Below the pieces are notes generated by a model. That model saw nothing but the letters and a program-made list of their open reading frames with translations, was not told the origin of the DNA and did not search any database. The position numbers and the translations under genes are program-made. Shown here piece after piece: positions 25,995 through 34,384 of a stretch of DNA of 34,937 nucleotides. The stretch comes from a virus (taxonomy: Duplodnaviria; Caudoviricetes): IMG/VR virus record IMGVR_UViG_3300035050_000072, positions 1 to 34,937 of that record; one strand, written 5' to 3'. The number at the start of each line of letters is the position of its first letter. The stretch's first letter is position 1.

Positions 25995-26426
25995 ATGTTG
26001 AACAGATTTACCTACCCTATCGTTTTGACCCCAGACGATGAGGACGGCGGTTTCGTCGTAACCTTTCCAGACATTCCCCACGCAATCACCCAAGGCGATA
26101 GCGTCGAAGAGTGCCTGGAGCAAGCCGTTGATTGCCTCGAAGAAGTCCTGGCCGGCTTTATTGACGACGGCGAAGAAATCCCCGCCCCGTCCGCCGTTAA
26201 GCCGGGCGATTACTCCGTTGCGCCAGGCGCACAAATCGCCCTGAAAGTCGAAGTTTTCCAAGCGTGGAAAGCGGCCGGAATCAGCAAGGTTGAGCTTGCC
26301 GCCCGTATGGGGGTAAAAGAACCCGAAGCCCGGCGCATCCTTGACCCGCGCCACGGCACCAAGCTTCCGACCTTGGAACGCGCTTTGCGGGCACTGGGGA
26401 AAACCCTTGAATTGAAAGTCGCTTGA
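25995..26426 (+). CDS. hicB: HicB-family antitoxin with C-terminal HTH
   Basis: GGFVVTFPDIPHAITQGDSVEECL, IPAPS; ISKVELAARMG...RRILDPRHGTKL. Confidence 0.94.
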   Translation: MLNRFTYPIVLTPDDEDGGFVVTFPDIPHAITQGDSVEECLEQAVDCLEEVLAGFIDDGEEIPAPSAVKPGDYSVAPGAQIALKVEVFQAWKAAGISKVELAARMGVKEPEARRILDPRHGTKLPTLERALRALGKTLELKVA

Positions 26427-26435
26427 TTTCATAGG

Positions 26436-26780
26436 TCAACCCAGCGACTGCAAATAGCGCAGTCCCTCAAAATACAGCCCGCCACCATGGATCCGGCGAT
26501 AAAACCCCCGCATGGCACCGCCACAGCGGCGAATCTCCTGCCGGGTCCATGGTTCATTGCCCGTGCCCACATGCGCCCGGATAACCAGCGCCCGTAGATC
26601 CTCCGGTTTCGGCAGGCAATCCAGATAATCGACCGCCCAGACCACCGCCGGCCGCTGCCCCGGCTTGGCGGTGGTCTGTACCCTGGTTGCCGCCGCATGG
26701 TCCATGGCCTTGCAGCCGTTGCACTCCAGGACCTCGACCGCCAGGCCAAAAACGTCCTTTTGTTGTCGGGTCAGAGCCAT
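26436..26780 (-). CDS. Hypothetical protein
   Basis: TAATG overlap with MTase stop; 114 aa. Confidence 0.6.
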   Translation of the reverse strand: MALTRQQKDVFGLAVEVLECNGCKAMDHAAATRVQTTAKPGQRPAVVWAVDYLDCLPKPEDLRALVIRAHVGTGNEPWTRQEIRRCGGAMRGFYRRIHGGGLYFEGLRYLQSLG

Positions 26781-28411
26781 TAAGCAACCTCCTGATTTTC
26801 CCGCCGCTCAACTATATTTGACCTGACAATCGCTTCGGCAATCGGAGGGCACACACTGTTGCCGCAGCGTTTAACCTGTTCGGTCTTTGTGATGGGTTTC
26901 CCGTGCCAGTCACGATCAATGATGTAATCAGCTGGAAACCCTTGGGCTAAGTAGAGTTCACGCGGCGTCAGCATACGCATGCCGATATCGACAATCTGGT
27001 AATCGACACCCTTGACAGTCACCAAGCCGAACCGGTCTTTTGTTGGCACGGTGTGCAGAGGGTCGCCGCAATTCAGGCCAATGTTTGTGCCGTAATACTT
27101 AAGAAGGAATGCTCTGACCTCGGCTACATGGTTCCCCCCTGCGGTCACTGTCGGCATTGACTGCTCTATTTTCTGGCCGTCCTTGCAGGTTCCGCGCAAT
27201 TTCATTAGGTGGCTTGTGACAATCCCTGTTTTCCCAAAGCCTCCCGGCGTGATGGTTCCGACAGGATCCAACGGTGAACTCCCGACACTCTGGCCGAAGT
27301 GGCGAACAAGGTTTACAGAGACAATCTGTTGTTGTGTGCCCCTAGCGGTAACTGTCGATAACGGTTTTGTTGCCTCATGCCCTATTGCGCCAAGGTTATG
27401 CTGGGCAAGGAACGCTGACACCAAGGCAAAGTGCCCCCCCTTGATCTGGGCGCATTGAGTCCGCAAAGGTTCCGCTGCGGAAAACGTGCGTTGGCCGCTG
27501 CTATTGGCGTGCTCCGTCAGATACGGGGTCACCAAAGCAAAGCGATTTTCAGTTGTCTGCGTCGGAAGAGCATCCGAAAGTTTCAGCCCTCTAAAATCAT
27601 CGGTTTTCTTAGGACCGTAGTAACTGACAATGAATGGCTCCGGATTCTCGATAACAAAACGCTGGATGCCTCGGGCAATCCTCCGCAGAGTATTCTCAGC
27701 CAGCGGCCGTTTACGCTCGAATATCGACGGGCATGATATCGACCAATCAATGCACTCTGCAGCGGTTCGATATGGTTTGCCCGTTCCGGGCCCGTGTGTC
27801 GGGTCCGGCCAGGCAATCGGCCGGCCGTCGCAGCGGCAGATGACAAATAGCCTCTTACGAATTGTCGGCGCGCCATAATCGCAAGCTCTCAACTCGCGGT
27901 GTTCGACGGTGTATCCGAAAGCCTCAAGCTGGGATTTCCAACGGACAAAGGTTTCCCCTTTTCGTTGCGGGCATGGCTTGCCGTTTTTGAGTGGCCCCCA
28001 GGTTTTGAACTCTTCGACATTTTCCAGCATAATCACCTTTGGTCTGATGCCTTTCGGTAACGCCGCCCAGCGCAGAACAACCCAGGCAAGCCCCCGGATC
28101 TTTTTTTCGACCGGCTTTCCGCCTTTTGCTTTACTGAAGTGCTTGCAGTCAGGGCTAAACCATGCCAGACCAATCGGGCGACCACCGCATGCTTCCATTG
28201 GATCAACCTGCCAGACAGATTCGCAGTAATGCTTGGTCTGCGGGTGGTTAACCATATGCATTGCAATTGCCCCAGGATCATGGTTAATGGCAATATCCAC
28301 GGGCCGGCCAAGCGCAGCCTCAATGCCAGCGCTGGCACCGCCGCCACCGGCAAAACTGTCGACAATCAAATCTTGAAAATTCATTGCTAACTGAAAAATT
28401 CCCATCATCAC
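26780..28411 (-). CDS. Phage C5-cytosine DNA methyltransferase
   Basis: FAGGGG (I), SPDC (IV), ENV (VI), RKRLF (VIII), RMLTPREL...QGFP (IX), GNSV (X). Confidence 0.94.
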   Translation of the reverse strand: MMMGIFQLAMNFQDLIVDSFAGGGGASAGIEAALGRPVDIAINHDPGAIAMHMVNHPQTKHYCESVWQVDPMEACGGRPIGLAWFSPDCKHFSKAKGGKPVEKKIRGLAWVVLRWAALPKGIRPKVIMLENVEEFKTWGPLKNGKPCPQRKGETFVRWKSQLEAFGYTVEHRELRACDYGAPTIRKRLFVICRCDGRPIAWPDPTHGPGTGKPYRTAAECIDWSISCPSIFERKRPLAENTLRRIARGIQRFVIENPEPFIVSYYGPKKTDDFRGLKLSDALPTQTTENRFALVTPYLTEHANSSGQRTFSAAEPLRTQCAQIKGGHFALVSAFLAQHNLGAIGHEATKPLSTVTARGTQQQIVSVNLVRHFGQSVGSSPLDPVGTITPGGFGKTGIVTSHLMKLRGTCKDGQKIEQSMPTVTAGGNHVAEVRAFLLKYYGTNIGLNCGDPLHTVPTKDRFGLVTVKGVDYQIVDIGMRMLTPRELYLAQGFPADYIIDRDWHGKPITKTEQVKRCGNSVCPPIAEAIVRSNIVERRENQEVA

Positions 28412-28824
28412 ACCCCCGGCCGCTCTACCATCATCCGCGCTTCATCCACCGACCGCACAACCCCAGCGCAGCCGCCGAAAACATCCACAGCATTGGCCCA
28501 GGCTGCCTGCGCATCAGATACCCGCCCGCGCGGCGTTTTAATTTCAACGCTCAAGAATTGCGCAATCCAAAGCCCGACCATAGCCGGGGTTATCAGGACC
28601 CGCCGCCAGCCGATCAGATCCCCGCTTCCCTCATGCAGCCCGAAACGCACCCGCCGGGGTTTCCGGATAACGACGTCGCCGGGCAACAGCCTGACCGGCC
28701 CGGCCTGCCGAATCGTTACCGCCCGCCCCATGTAGGCAACCCCGACATTATTTCTAAACACGCGGACGTTGGACCGGCCGCCCAGCTCTTTAAGGATCTC
28801 GGTTTGTAGCGATTTTTCCTTCAT
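28408..28824 (-). CDS. VRR-NUC domain nuclease
   Basis: ATG 28824 (ATGA overlap); EKSLQ, FRNNVG, GSGDLIG, VEIKTPRGRVSDAQ. Confidence 0.88.
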   Translation of the reverse strand: MKEKSLQTEILKELGGRSNVRVFRNNVGVAYMGRAVTIRQAGPVRLLPGDVVIRKPRRVRFGLHEGSGDLIGWRRVLITPAMVGLWIAQFLSVEIKTPRGRVSDAQAAWANAVDVFGGCAGVVRSVDEARMMVERPGV

Positions 28825-29159
28825 TGCCCGGCCTCCATTTTGGTTATTTTGATAAACACACGCCGGATTCCCAGCCGCCGGGCTATATCGTTCTCCAGCC
28901 TTGCCCCGCGCGATTTGTCCCAGCCGGGCAACACCACAACCTTTGTTGCCCGCGCCAGGTCCGCCAGGGCCAAGCGCATGTAGTCGGCCCACTCCCCCAG
29001 GCCGTCAGGATGCCGGGCAGGATTCAAAACCCTGCAGCGCGCCTTGACCTGCAACCGTTCCGCCACCGCGTTAAATAGCGGCCGGTTGCAATCCGGTTGG
29101 CCGGTCATCGGCCCGGAAATATAAACAACGTCCGCAGGGGTAATATCTTCTAGCCTCAT
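28821..29159 (-). CDS. DUF4406 (nucleoside deoxyribosyltransferase-like) protein
   Basis: VYISGPMTG, VLNPA, WADYMR, LPGWDKSRGARLE. Confidence 0.88.
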   Translation of the reverse strand: MRLEDITPADVVYISGPMTGQPDCNRPLFNAVAERLQVKARCRVLNPARHPDGLGEWADYMRLALADLARATKVVVLPGWDKSRGARLENDIARRLGIRRVFIKITKMEAGQ

Positions 29160-29192
29160 CGTTTCAGCTCCTTTTTAACAAATTGTTAAACC

Positions 29193-30683
29193 CTAGGCAT
29201 GATTCAACCGTGGCGCGCCGCGCCGCTTGCGCCTGCTGTTGTAGACATGCTTTGCCCAGCCGGGCTTGTACCCCATCGACCGGCCGAACTCCTCCAGCTC
29301 CTGCAGGGTTTTAGCCTGACCTTGCCGTCGTCTCCGGTCCGCCTTGATCGCGGCAATCTCTGCCGGGTCCACTTCGTGCAGCTCGCCCTCGCCCACTTCC
29401 GGCAGGACCTCGTCCGGGGCGTAGGCGTGCCCGCATTGCGGACACTTCGGCGCGGGCGGATGGATTGCGAAGCATTGCGGGCATGTCATAATGCGCGGCC
29501 CGGTGTCCTCTTTCTGCTTTTTCCTGCCGCCTTTGCCCTGGTTCGGGTCGCCGTCCAGGTGCCATTCGCGCACCTCGTCCGGCAGACCGTGCCGCAGGCA
29601 GTTTCCGACGTGGTCCAAAATAACCGCCTCAGGCTTGACCGATCGCGCTATGGCCTCCAGCCGTCCGGAATCTCCGGACAAGTCCGCGCCGGCCGGGTAA
29701 ACAGGCCGCAGCGCCCGGCCGACCTGCTGCAGGTACAAAGTCAAGCTATGCGTTGGCCGCAGCAGAATAGCCGCCGTGACAACCGGAATGTCCGTGCCCT
29801 CGCTGATAATCTCGCAGCTTGTCAGCACATCGACGCCGCCCCGGGCAAGCGCATTAATCAATCCCTTGCGCGTGCTGTCGTCCATGCTGCCGTCGATACT
29901 GGCGGCCCGGAATCCCGCCTGCTTGAACTCCTCGGCGACGTGCTCGGCATGCGCAACGCTGACACAAAACGCAATGGCTGGCTTGCCGGGGCAGATCCGC
30001 TGATAATGCTCGACCGCGGACCCGGTAATCTTCGGCTTGTCGACGGCCTTTTCCAGATCGTCGCGGGCATAGTCGCCCATGCGCTTTTTAACGTCGTCCA
30101 GGATAAGGTCCGTCGGCGGCGCGTAGACACGCGGGTGACACAGATAGCCCCGGCCGATCAGGTCTTTAATGCTCGGCCCCTCGACCAGACAGTCGAAATG
30201 CCCGCCGGCGTCAACGCCCAGCCCCTTCCCGTCCAGCCGGTGCGGCGTCGCGGTAACGCCCAGAATCGGCACGCCTGCAAAGTGATCTATGATCTTGCGC
30301 CAGCTGCCGGCCGCCGCGTGGTGCGCCTCGTCAACGATAATCAGATCCGGCCGCCATGCCAACTTGTTCAGGCGGCGGACCAGTGTCTGCACGCTGGCCA
30401 CCTGCGCGCGGTCGTATGTCATGCCGCGCCCCGGCGCTATCAGCCCATGATCCACGCCCAGCCCCTCCAGCGCCCGGCTTGTTTGGTGCAGCAGTTCCTG
30501 CCGGTGAACCAATATCAAAACGTTATTGCCCTTGCTGGTTGCGCTGTCGGCGATATAGCAAAAAACAACCGTTTTCCCGCCACCTGTACTCAAGACATAA
30601 AGTGGTGCCTTAAGTTTTGCCGCGAATTTATACCGCAGTGCTTTAACGTCGCGCGCCTGGTAGTCTCGCAGGATTATGTTCAT
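29193..30683 (-). CDS. SF2 DEAH-box helicase with C-terminal Zn ribbon
   Basis: ATG 30683; LRDYQ, TGGGKT, DEAH, TAT, EGTDIP, QQVGRALR, CPQC...CPQC. Confidence 0.94.
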   Translation of the reverse strand: MNIILRDYQARDVKALRYKFAAKLKAPLYVLSTGGGKTVVFCYIADSATSKGNNVLILVHRQELLHQTSRALEGLGVDHGLIAPGRGMTYDRAQVASVQTLVRRLNKLAWRPDLIIVDEAHHAAAGSWRKIIDHFAGVPILGVTATPHRLDGKGLGVDAGGHFDCLVEGPSIKDLIGRGYLCHPRVYAPPTDLILDDVKKRMGDYARDDLEKAVDKPKITGSAVEHYQRICPGKPAIAFCVSVAHAEHVAEEFKQAGFRAASIDGSMDDSTRKGLINALARGGVDVLTSCEIISEGTDIPVVTAAILLRPTHSLTLYLQQVGRALRPVYPAGADLSGDSGRLEAIARSVKPEAVILDHVGNCLRHGLPDEVREWHLDGDPNQGKGGRKKQKEDTGPRIMTCPQCFAIHPPAPKCPQCGHAYAPDEVLPEVGEGELHEVDPAEIAAIKADRRRRQGQAKTLQELEEFGRSMGYKPGWAKHVYNSRRKRRGAPRLNHA

Positions 30684-31462
30684 CTGCTTGCCTCCTTCAC
30701 GGGCGGCCCTGTAAACAGATCCTGCTGCGCCTGCGCCTCCTCCAGCCGTCGGCAAGCCGTTTCGAAATGGACGTCCAGCAACTCCACCCCGACAAAGCGC
30801 CGTTTATCCTGCACGGCCGCGACTCCGGTTGATCCGGATCCCATAAACGGGTCGAAGATAACGCCGCCAGGCGGCACGATTTTGTTAATGTGCCCCATCA
30901 GCAACACCGGTTTTGCCGCGATATGCTGTTTTTTCGCACCAACAATCGGCACTTGCCAGCAACCCGGCAGGCACTCGCCCTCGCTTGCCATGGCCCCGCG
31001 TGATCCCCACACCAGATATTCGCATTGGCTCCGGTAACGGCCTTTGACCGGGCGGCTGTTGCCCTTGTCCCAAACCGCAATCCCGCGCCAGACAAACCCG
31101 GCGCACTGCAACGCATCGCTGATTATCGGCAGCTGTCGCCAGTCCGTAAACAGCCCGACCGGCGCGCCCTCGCGCAGAAGCTGGTAGCATTTCGACAGCC
31201 ACAGCATGACCCACACAAGCTGACTGCGCTGGTCCCGGTTGTCGCCGGTAAATTCGGCATAAAGCCCGGCCCGCTCTGTGTTCTGATACTTCGTGCTGGT
31301 TTTCTGCATCCGATCGCCCCGGAACTGCCCGCCGCTGCTATAAGGCGGGTCGCAGATCAAACCGTCAAACACTTGCCCCTCGTCAATCAGCAGCTGCGCA
31401 ACCTCGTAGCTGTCGCCGCAATACAGCACCGCGTTTCCGATTTCTTCGCGTCTTATCCTCAT
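30680..31462 (-). CDS. N6-adenine/N4-cytosine DNA methyltransferase (beta class)
   Basis: DPPY near N-terminus; H...KP and DPFMGSGST near C-terminus. Confidence 0.93.
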   Translation of the reverse strand: MRIRREEIGNAVLYCGDSYEVAQLLIDEGQVFDGLICDPPYSSGGQFRGDRMQKTSTKYQNTERAGLYAEFTGDNRDQRSQLVWVMLWLSKCYQLLREGAPVGLFTDWRQLPIISDALQCAGFVWRGIAVWDKGNSRPVKGRYRSQCEYLVWGSRGAMASEGECLPGCWQVPIVGAKKQHIAAKPVLLMGHINKIVPPGGVIFDPFMGSGSTGVAAVQDKRRFVGVELLDVHFETACRRLEEAQAQQDLFTGPPVKEASR

Positions 31463-31776
31463 ACAGCCGCCCCGCGCAACGCCCCCAGGAATGTTTCAAC
31501 CTCGCGCAGCTTGGGCCGCAACCGCTCCACGAATGGACCCGCCTCCATTCCCGCAAACTGCAGGACCATCTCCCGGTCTTCCCTGAAGGCCCTGCTCGTA
31601 AAAAACGTATAGGCCTTTTCAATCCTGCTCACGGCGTCCCGTTGCCTTTTGGCTGGAACATGCAGATCCCTAACAGCCTGCTTCACCACCTCAACCCACA
31701 AAGCCTGTTCCCCTTCTGTTCGGCGCTGGCTTATATGTATGTCGTTCTGGATGTTTGTTCTCTCGACAACTTTCAT
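31459..31776 (-). CDS. Hypothetical phage protein
   Basis: ATGA-coupled on both sides; helical EQALWVEVVKQAVRDL pattern. Confidence 0.7.
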   Translation of the reverse strand: MKVVERTNIQNDIHISQRRTEGEQALWVEVVKQAVRDLHVPAKRQRDAVSRIEKAYTFFTSRAFREDREMVLQFAGMEAGPFVERLRPKLREVETFLGALRGAAV

Positions 31777-31934
31777 ATTTTTTCGCCTCGCTTAACTCGT
31801 CGCATTTGGTCCTCTGTCCACAAACACTTTCCAGGGCCTGCAGTAATCTGCAGGCAGCGGCCGCCCCGCCAGGCGCAGCAGTAAGTGCGGCAAAACTCTG
31901 GCGGGACGACCTTTTGTTTCATGCGGTCGGGCAT
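31773..31934 (-). CDS. 53-aa Cys-rich hypothetical protein
   Basis: Manual translation MPDRMKQKVVPPEFCRTYCCAWRGGRCLQITAGPGKCLWTEDQMRRVKRGEKI; fills the gap and its stop overlaps the next ATG. Confidence 0.55.
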   Translation of the reverse strand: MPDRMKQKVVPPEFCRTYCCAWRGGRCLQITAGPGKCLWTEDQMRRVKRGEKI

Positions 31935-31937
31935 GGG

Positions 31938-32351
31938 TTAAAAGATTTCCTCGCCCGCAGTTTTTTCGGCCGGGTCGGCCGGGTCTTGTTCCTGCTCCTG
32001 GTCCTCGTCCGCGACCGGCAACTCCGGCTGCCGCTCATAATCCTTGATCGACTGCTTATCGATAGGCCGCCCGGTGTCGGTCCGGATCAGCTCCTTAACG
32101 CCGTCCTCCCAGAAGTATTCCCATCGGCAGCCGACCTCCCGCAGTTCCTCGCCGGTCGTGATTTTCCGGGCCAGGTCGCTGATATTCGCCTTATGCCTGG
32201 TAATCTTGCTGGTATATTCAGCCGTGACGCTTTTCTTTTCGTTCTCCAGGCTGTTAACGGATTGCGTTTCCTCGGCCAACGTCTTGGAATAGTCTTTGAT
32301 TTCGTCCTCGGTCAATTTGACCATCAGGTTTCTTGTCTCTGTGGTTGCCAT
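31938..32351 (-). CDS. Hypothetical coiled-coil protein with acidic tail
   Basis: AAGGAGG RBS before ATG 32351. Confidence 0.75.
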   Translation of the reverse strand: MATTETRNLMVKLTEDEIKDYSKTLAEETQSVNSLENEKKSVTAEYTSKITRHKANISDLARKITTGEELREVGCRWEYFWEDGVKELIRTDTGRPIDKQSIKDYERQPELPVADEDQEQEQDPADPAEKTAGEEIF

Positions 32352-32363
32352 GCTCAAACCTCC

Positions 32364-32720
32364 TTATTTATTGACTGTAAAAAATCCAAGCTGCCCACGA
32401 TACGGGACAAAAAACTCTGGCTTTGCTTCAGATATGACGAAACCAATCGGGCCAAAGAACCAGGGAGAATCGCTGTCATTCACGCAATCAACAATCTTTG
32501 CTCTGCCGACAATCCCACCTTTGCTAAATTCTTCCGGCTTTGGCATTTCGATATTTGGAAAAGCCCGCTTGACGTATTCATAACCATCTCGGTCAAACGT
32601 CTTGCCAGCGTGGATCTTAATCTCTCCGCGGATATTGGTTTTCCGTTTGCGGTTCTCTATATCTTTATAGCCGTGGACAATTAACCAAGCCCAAGGCTGC
32701 TGTATCGACAGGGCTTTCAT
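32364..32720 (-). CDS. ASCH domain protein
   Basis: MKALSIQQPWAWLIVHGYKDIENR (GxKxxExR), IHAG, RGQLGFF. Confidence 0.92.
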   Translation of the reverse strand: MKALSIQQPWAWLIVHGYKDIENRKRKTNIRGEIKIHAGKTFDRDGYEYVKRAFPNIEMPKPEEFSKGGIVGRAKIVDCVNDSDSPWFFGPIGFVISEAKPEFFVPYRGQLGFFTVNK

Positions 32721-34384
32721 TTGCCGACCTCCACCAGCTCATTGTTTTCAATCCAGTAGCTCACCCCGCGTTTCGCTTTCTTCAGGTCCGGAAACAGCTT
32801 ACGATTCTCCCGCGCTTCCCCCGGCAGCGCCATTGTGACCAAAGCAGGCAGGTCGACCTTGCGCAGCAGATTAAAAAGCCCGTTGCGCAGCGGCCGGTTG
32901 ACCACAATGTCCGCCCCATCGATAATCACGGCGGCGCTGTTGTCCGCTTGCGCCATCCAGATTTGCAGCAGCACGCGCACCCGCCAGCGCTCCGATTTGC
33001 ACAGCAGTCCGTAGGGTGTGCCGTTCAGGCTCGCGCCCAGGCCGCCATCGATCGCAGCCAGGCCGAAACCGGAAACCTTCGACAGCTCCAGCAATCCCGC
33101 GTTTGCCGTGCCCAGGGCGTCCGCCAGTTTCTGTTGCCGGATGCCGCCCGGTGCCAGGCGCGCCAAGATTTCGGCGTTCAGGCAAATCGCCCGGTGCTTG
33201 CCGTCCGCCTCGGTTTTCTGTTTCCAGGCCCGCAGCCTGGCTTCCGCCTGCTGAACCGATGTTCGTGCCGCATCAATATCTCCTACCGCCTCCGGGCGGT
33301 TGTTTAATTCGTCCAGCTCGCGCGCGGCTTTTTCGGCGGCTTTCAGCTCGGCGCGGGCGTCGTTCAGTTTGCGCTCGATCCCGTCAGCAGTTTCGGCCAG
33401 TCCGTCCAGCTCCTCGCGGGCCGCGTCCAGCGCCTGCTGTCGTTTCGCGTTTTCTTTTTCATCGACCGGTCGCGCCGGGGCAACCTGGCCGTCGGAAACC
33501 GACAGCGCCCCACCGCAATGCGGGCAGACAACCGGTACCGGTTCCGGTCGTGGTAGCTTCTCAGCGACCCGGTATCTTTCCGTGTGGGCGTCAGCGGCTT
33601 GCTGCAGTTCATCGGTTAAAACCTCGATCTGTTCTTTGATGCCGACAATTCCGGCAACCTGCCGTTCCAGATCCTCGCAGCGCGCGTCGTCCACGGCCTC
33701 GGATGCAATGCACCCCTCCAGAACCTGCCGGGCGTCAGCCAGATCCGCCTCCAGGGTCTCCAGACTCACCCCGTCCAGGTCAGGCCCCCAACCGTCGCTG
33801 ATATAGTTGTCGGCCTTCTTGCTGCCGTAGCGCTCGCCGGTGATCTGTTCCCAGGCTCCCTTCAAGGTCGCGCCCTTTTCTTTGACCTGTTGCGCGGCAC
33901 CGTCCCAACCCCGGCCGACTATCGTGTCCCACAAGCCGTCCATCTGCTTTGCAGGCAGCTCCAGCGGTTGCAGCGCCTGGTCGAAGTCCGCCCGCGTCGG
34001 TTCGGCCTGCAGATAATCAGACAACGCCTGCGCCCGCTTTTTTGCGTCCAGCTTCAAAACGCACGACAACCCGGCGGCGTATTCCGACGCCTGCGGCGGC
34101 TCCCCGGTCGTCTTAACCTGCGCTTTCGGCCATGCAATTTCCGTTTTTCCGGCGTCCGTTTCCAGCGTGACCGATCCGTCAGCCGTGCCGCTGCGAACCA
34201 TGCAGCCCGCCTCGGATTTTTTAACGCCCCGAATCGGCAGCGGGTTTCCGGTCAACGCGGCAGCTGTTGCAGCCGTCACGCTCGACTTGCCGGCCGCATT
34301 TTCGCCCCCGATCAGGATCACGCGCGACAGATTAAAGGCGGCGCGAGACACCCCGCGAAAGTTTTTGATTTCAATGTTCATCAC
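32717..34384 (-). CDS. Rad50/SbcC-like coiled-coil ATPase
   Basis: IEIKNFRG, Walker A GENAAGKS, central CPHC hook between coiled coils, C-terminal LCKSE and VIIDG. Confidence 0.8.
   Translation of the reverse strand: MMNIEIKNFRGVSRAAFNLSRVILIGGENAAGKSSVTAATAAALTGNPLPIRGVKKSEAGCMVRSGTADGSVTLETDAGKTEIAWPKAQVKTTGEPPQASEYAAGLSCVLKLDAKKRAQALSDYLQAEPTRADFDQALQPLELPAKQMDGLWDTIVGRGWDGAAQQVKEKGATLKGAWEQITGERYGSKKADNYISDGWGPDLDGVSLETLEADLADARQVLEGCIASEAVDDARCEDLERQVAGIVGIKEQIEVLTDELQQAADAHTERYRVAEKLPRPEPVPVVCPHCGGALSVSDGQVAPARPVDEKENAKRQQALDAAREELDGLAETADGIERKLNDARAELKAAEKAARELDELNNRPEAVGDIDAARTSVQQAEARLRAWKQKTEADGKHRAICLNAEILARLAPGGIRQQKLADALGTANAGLLELSKVSGFGLAAIDGGLGASLNGTPYGLLCKSERWRVRVLLQIWMAQADNSAAVIIDGADIVVNRPLRNGLFNLLRKVDLPALVTMALPGEARENRKLFPDLKKAKRGVSYWIENNELVEVGK

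Noticed and set aside
29199-31037. 612-aa plus-strand ORF (likewise 2209-3315, 9410-10663, 11286-12455, 15797-16702, 31755-32684)
   Set aside because: Antisense shadows of well-supported minus-strand genes in GC-rich DNA; no recognisable motifs
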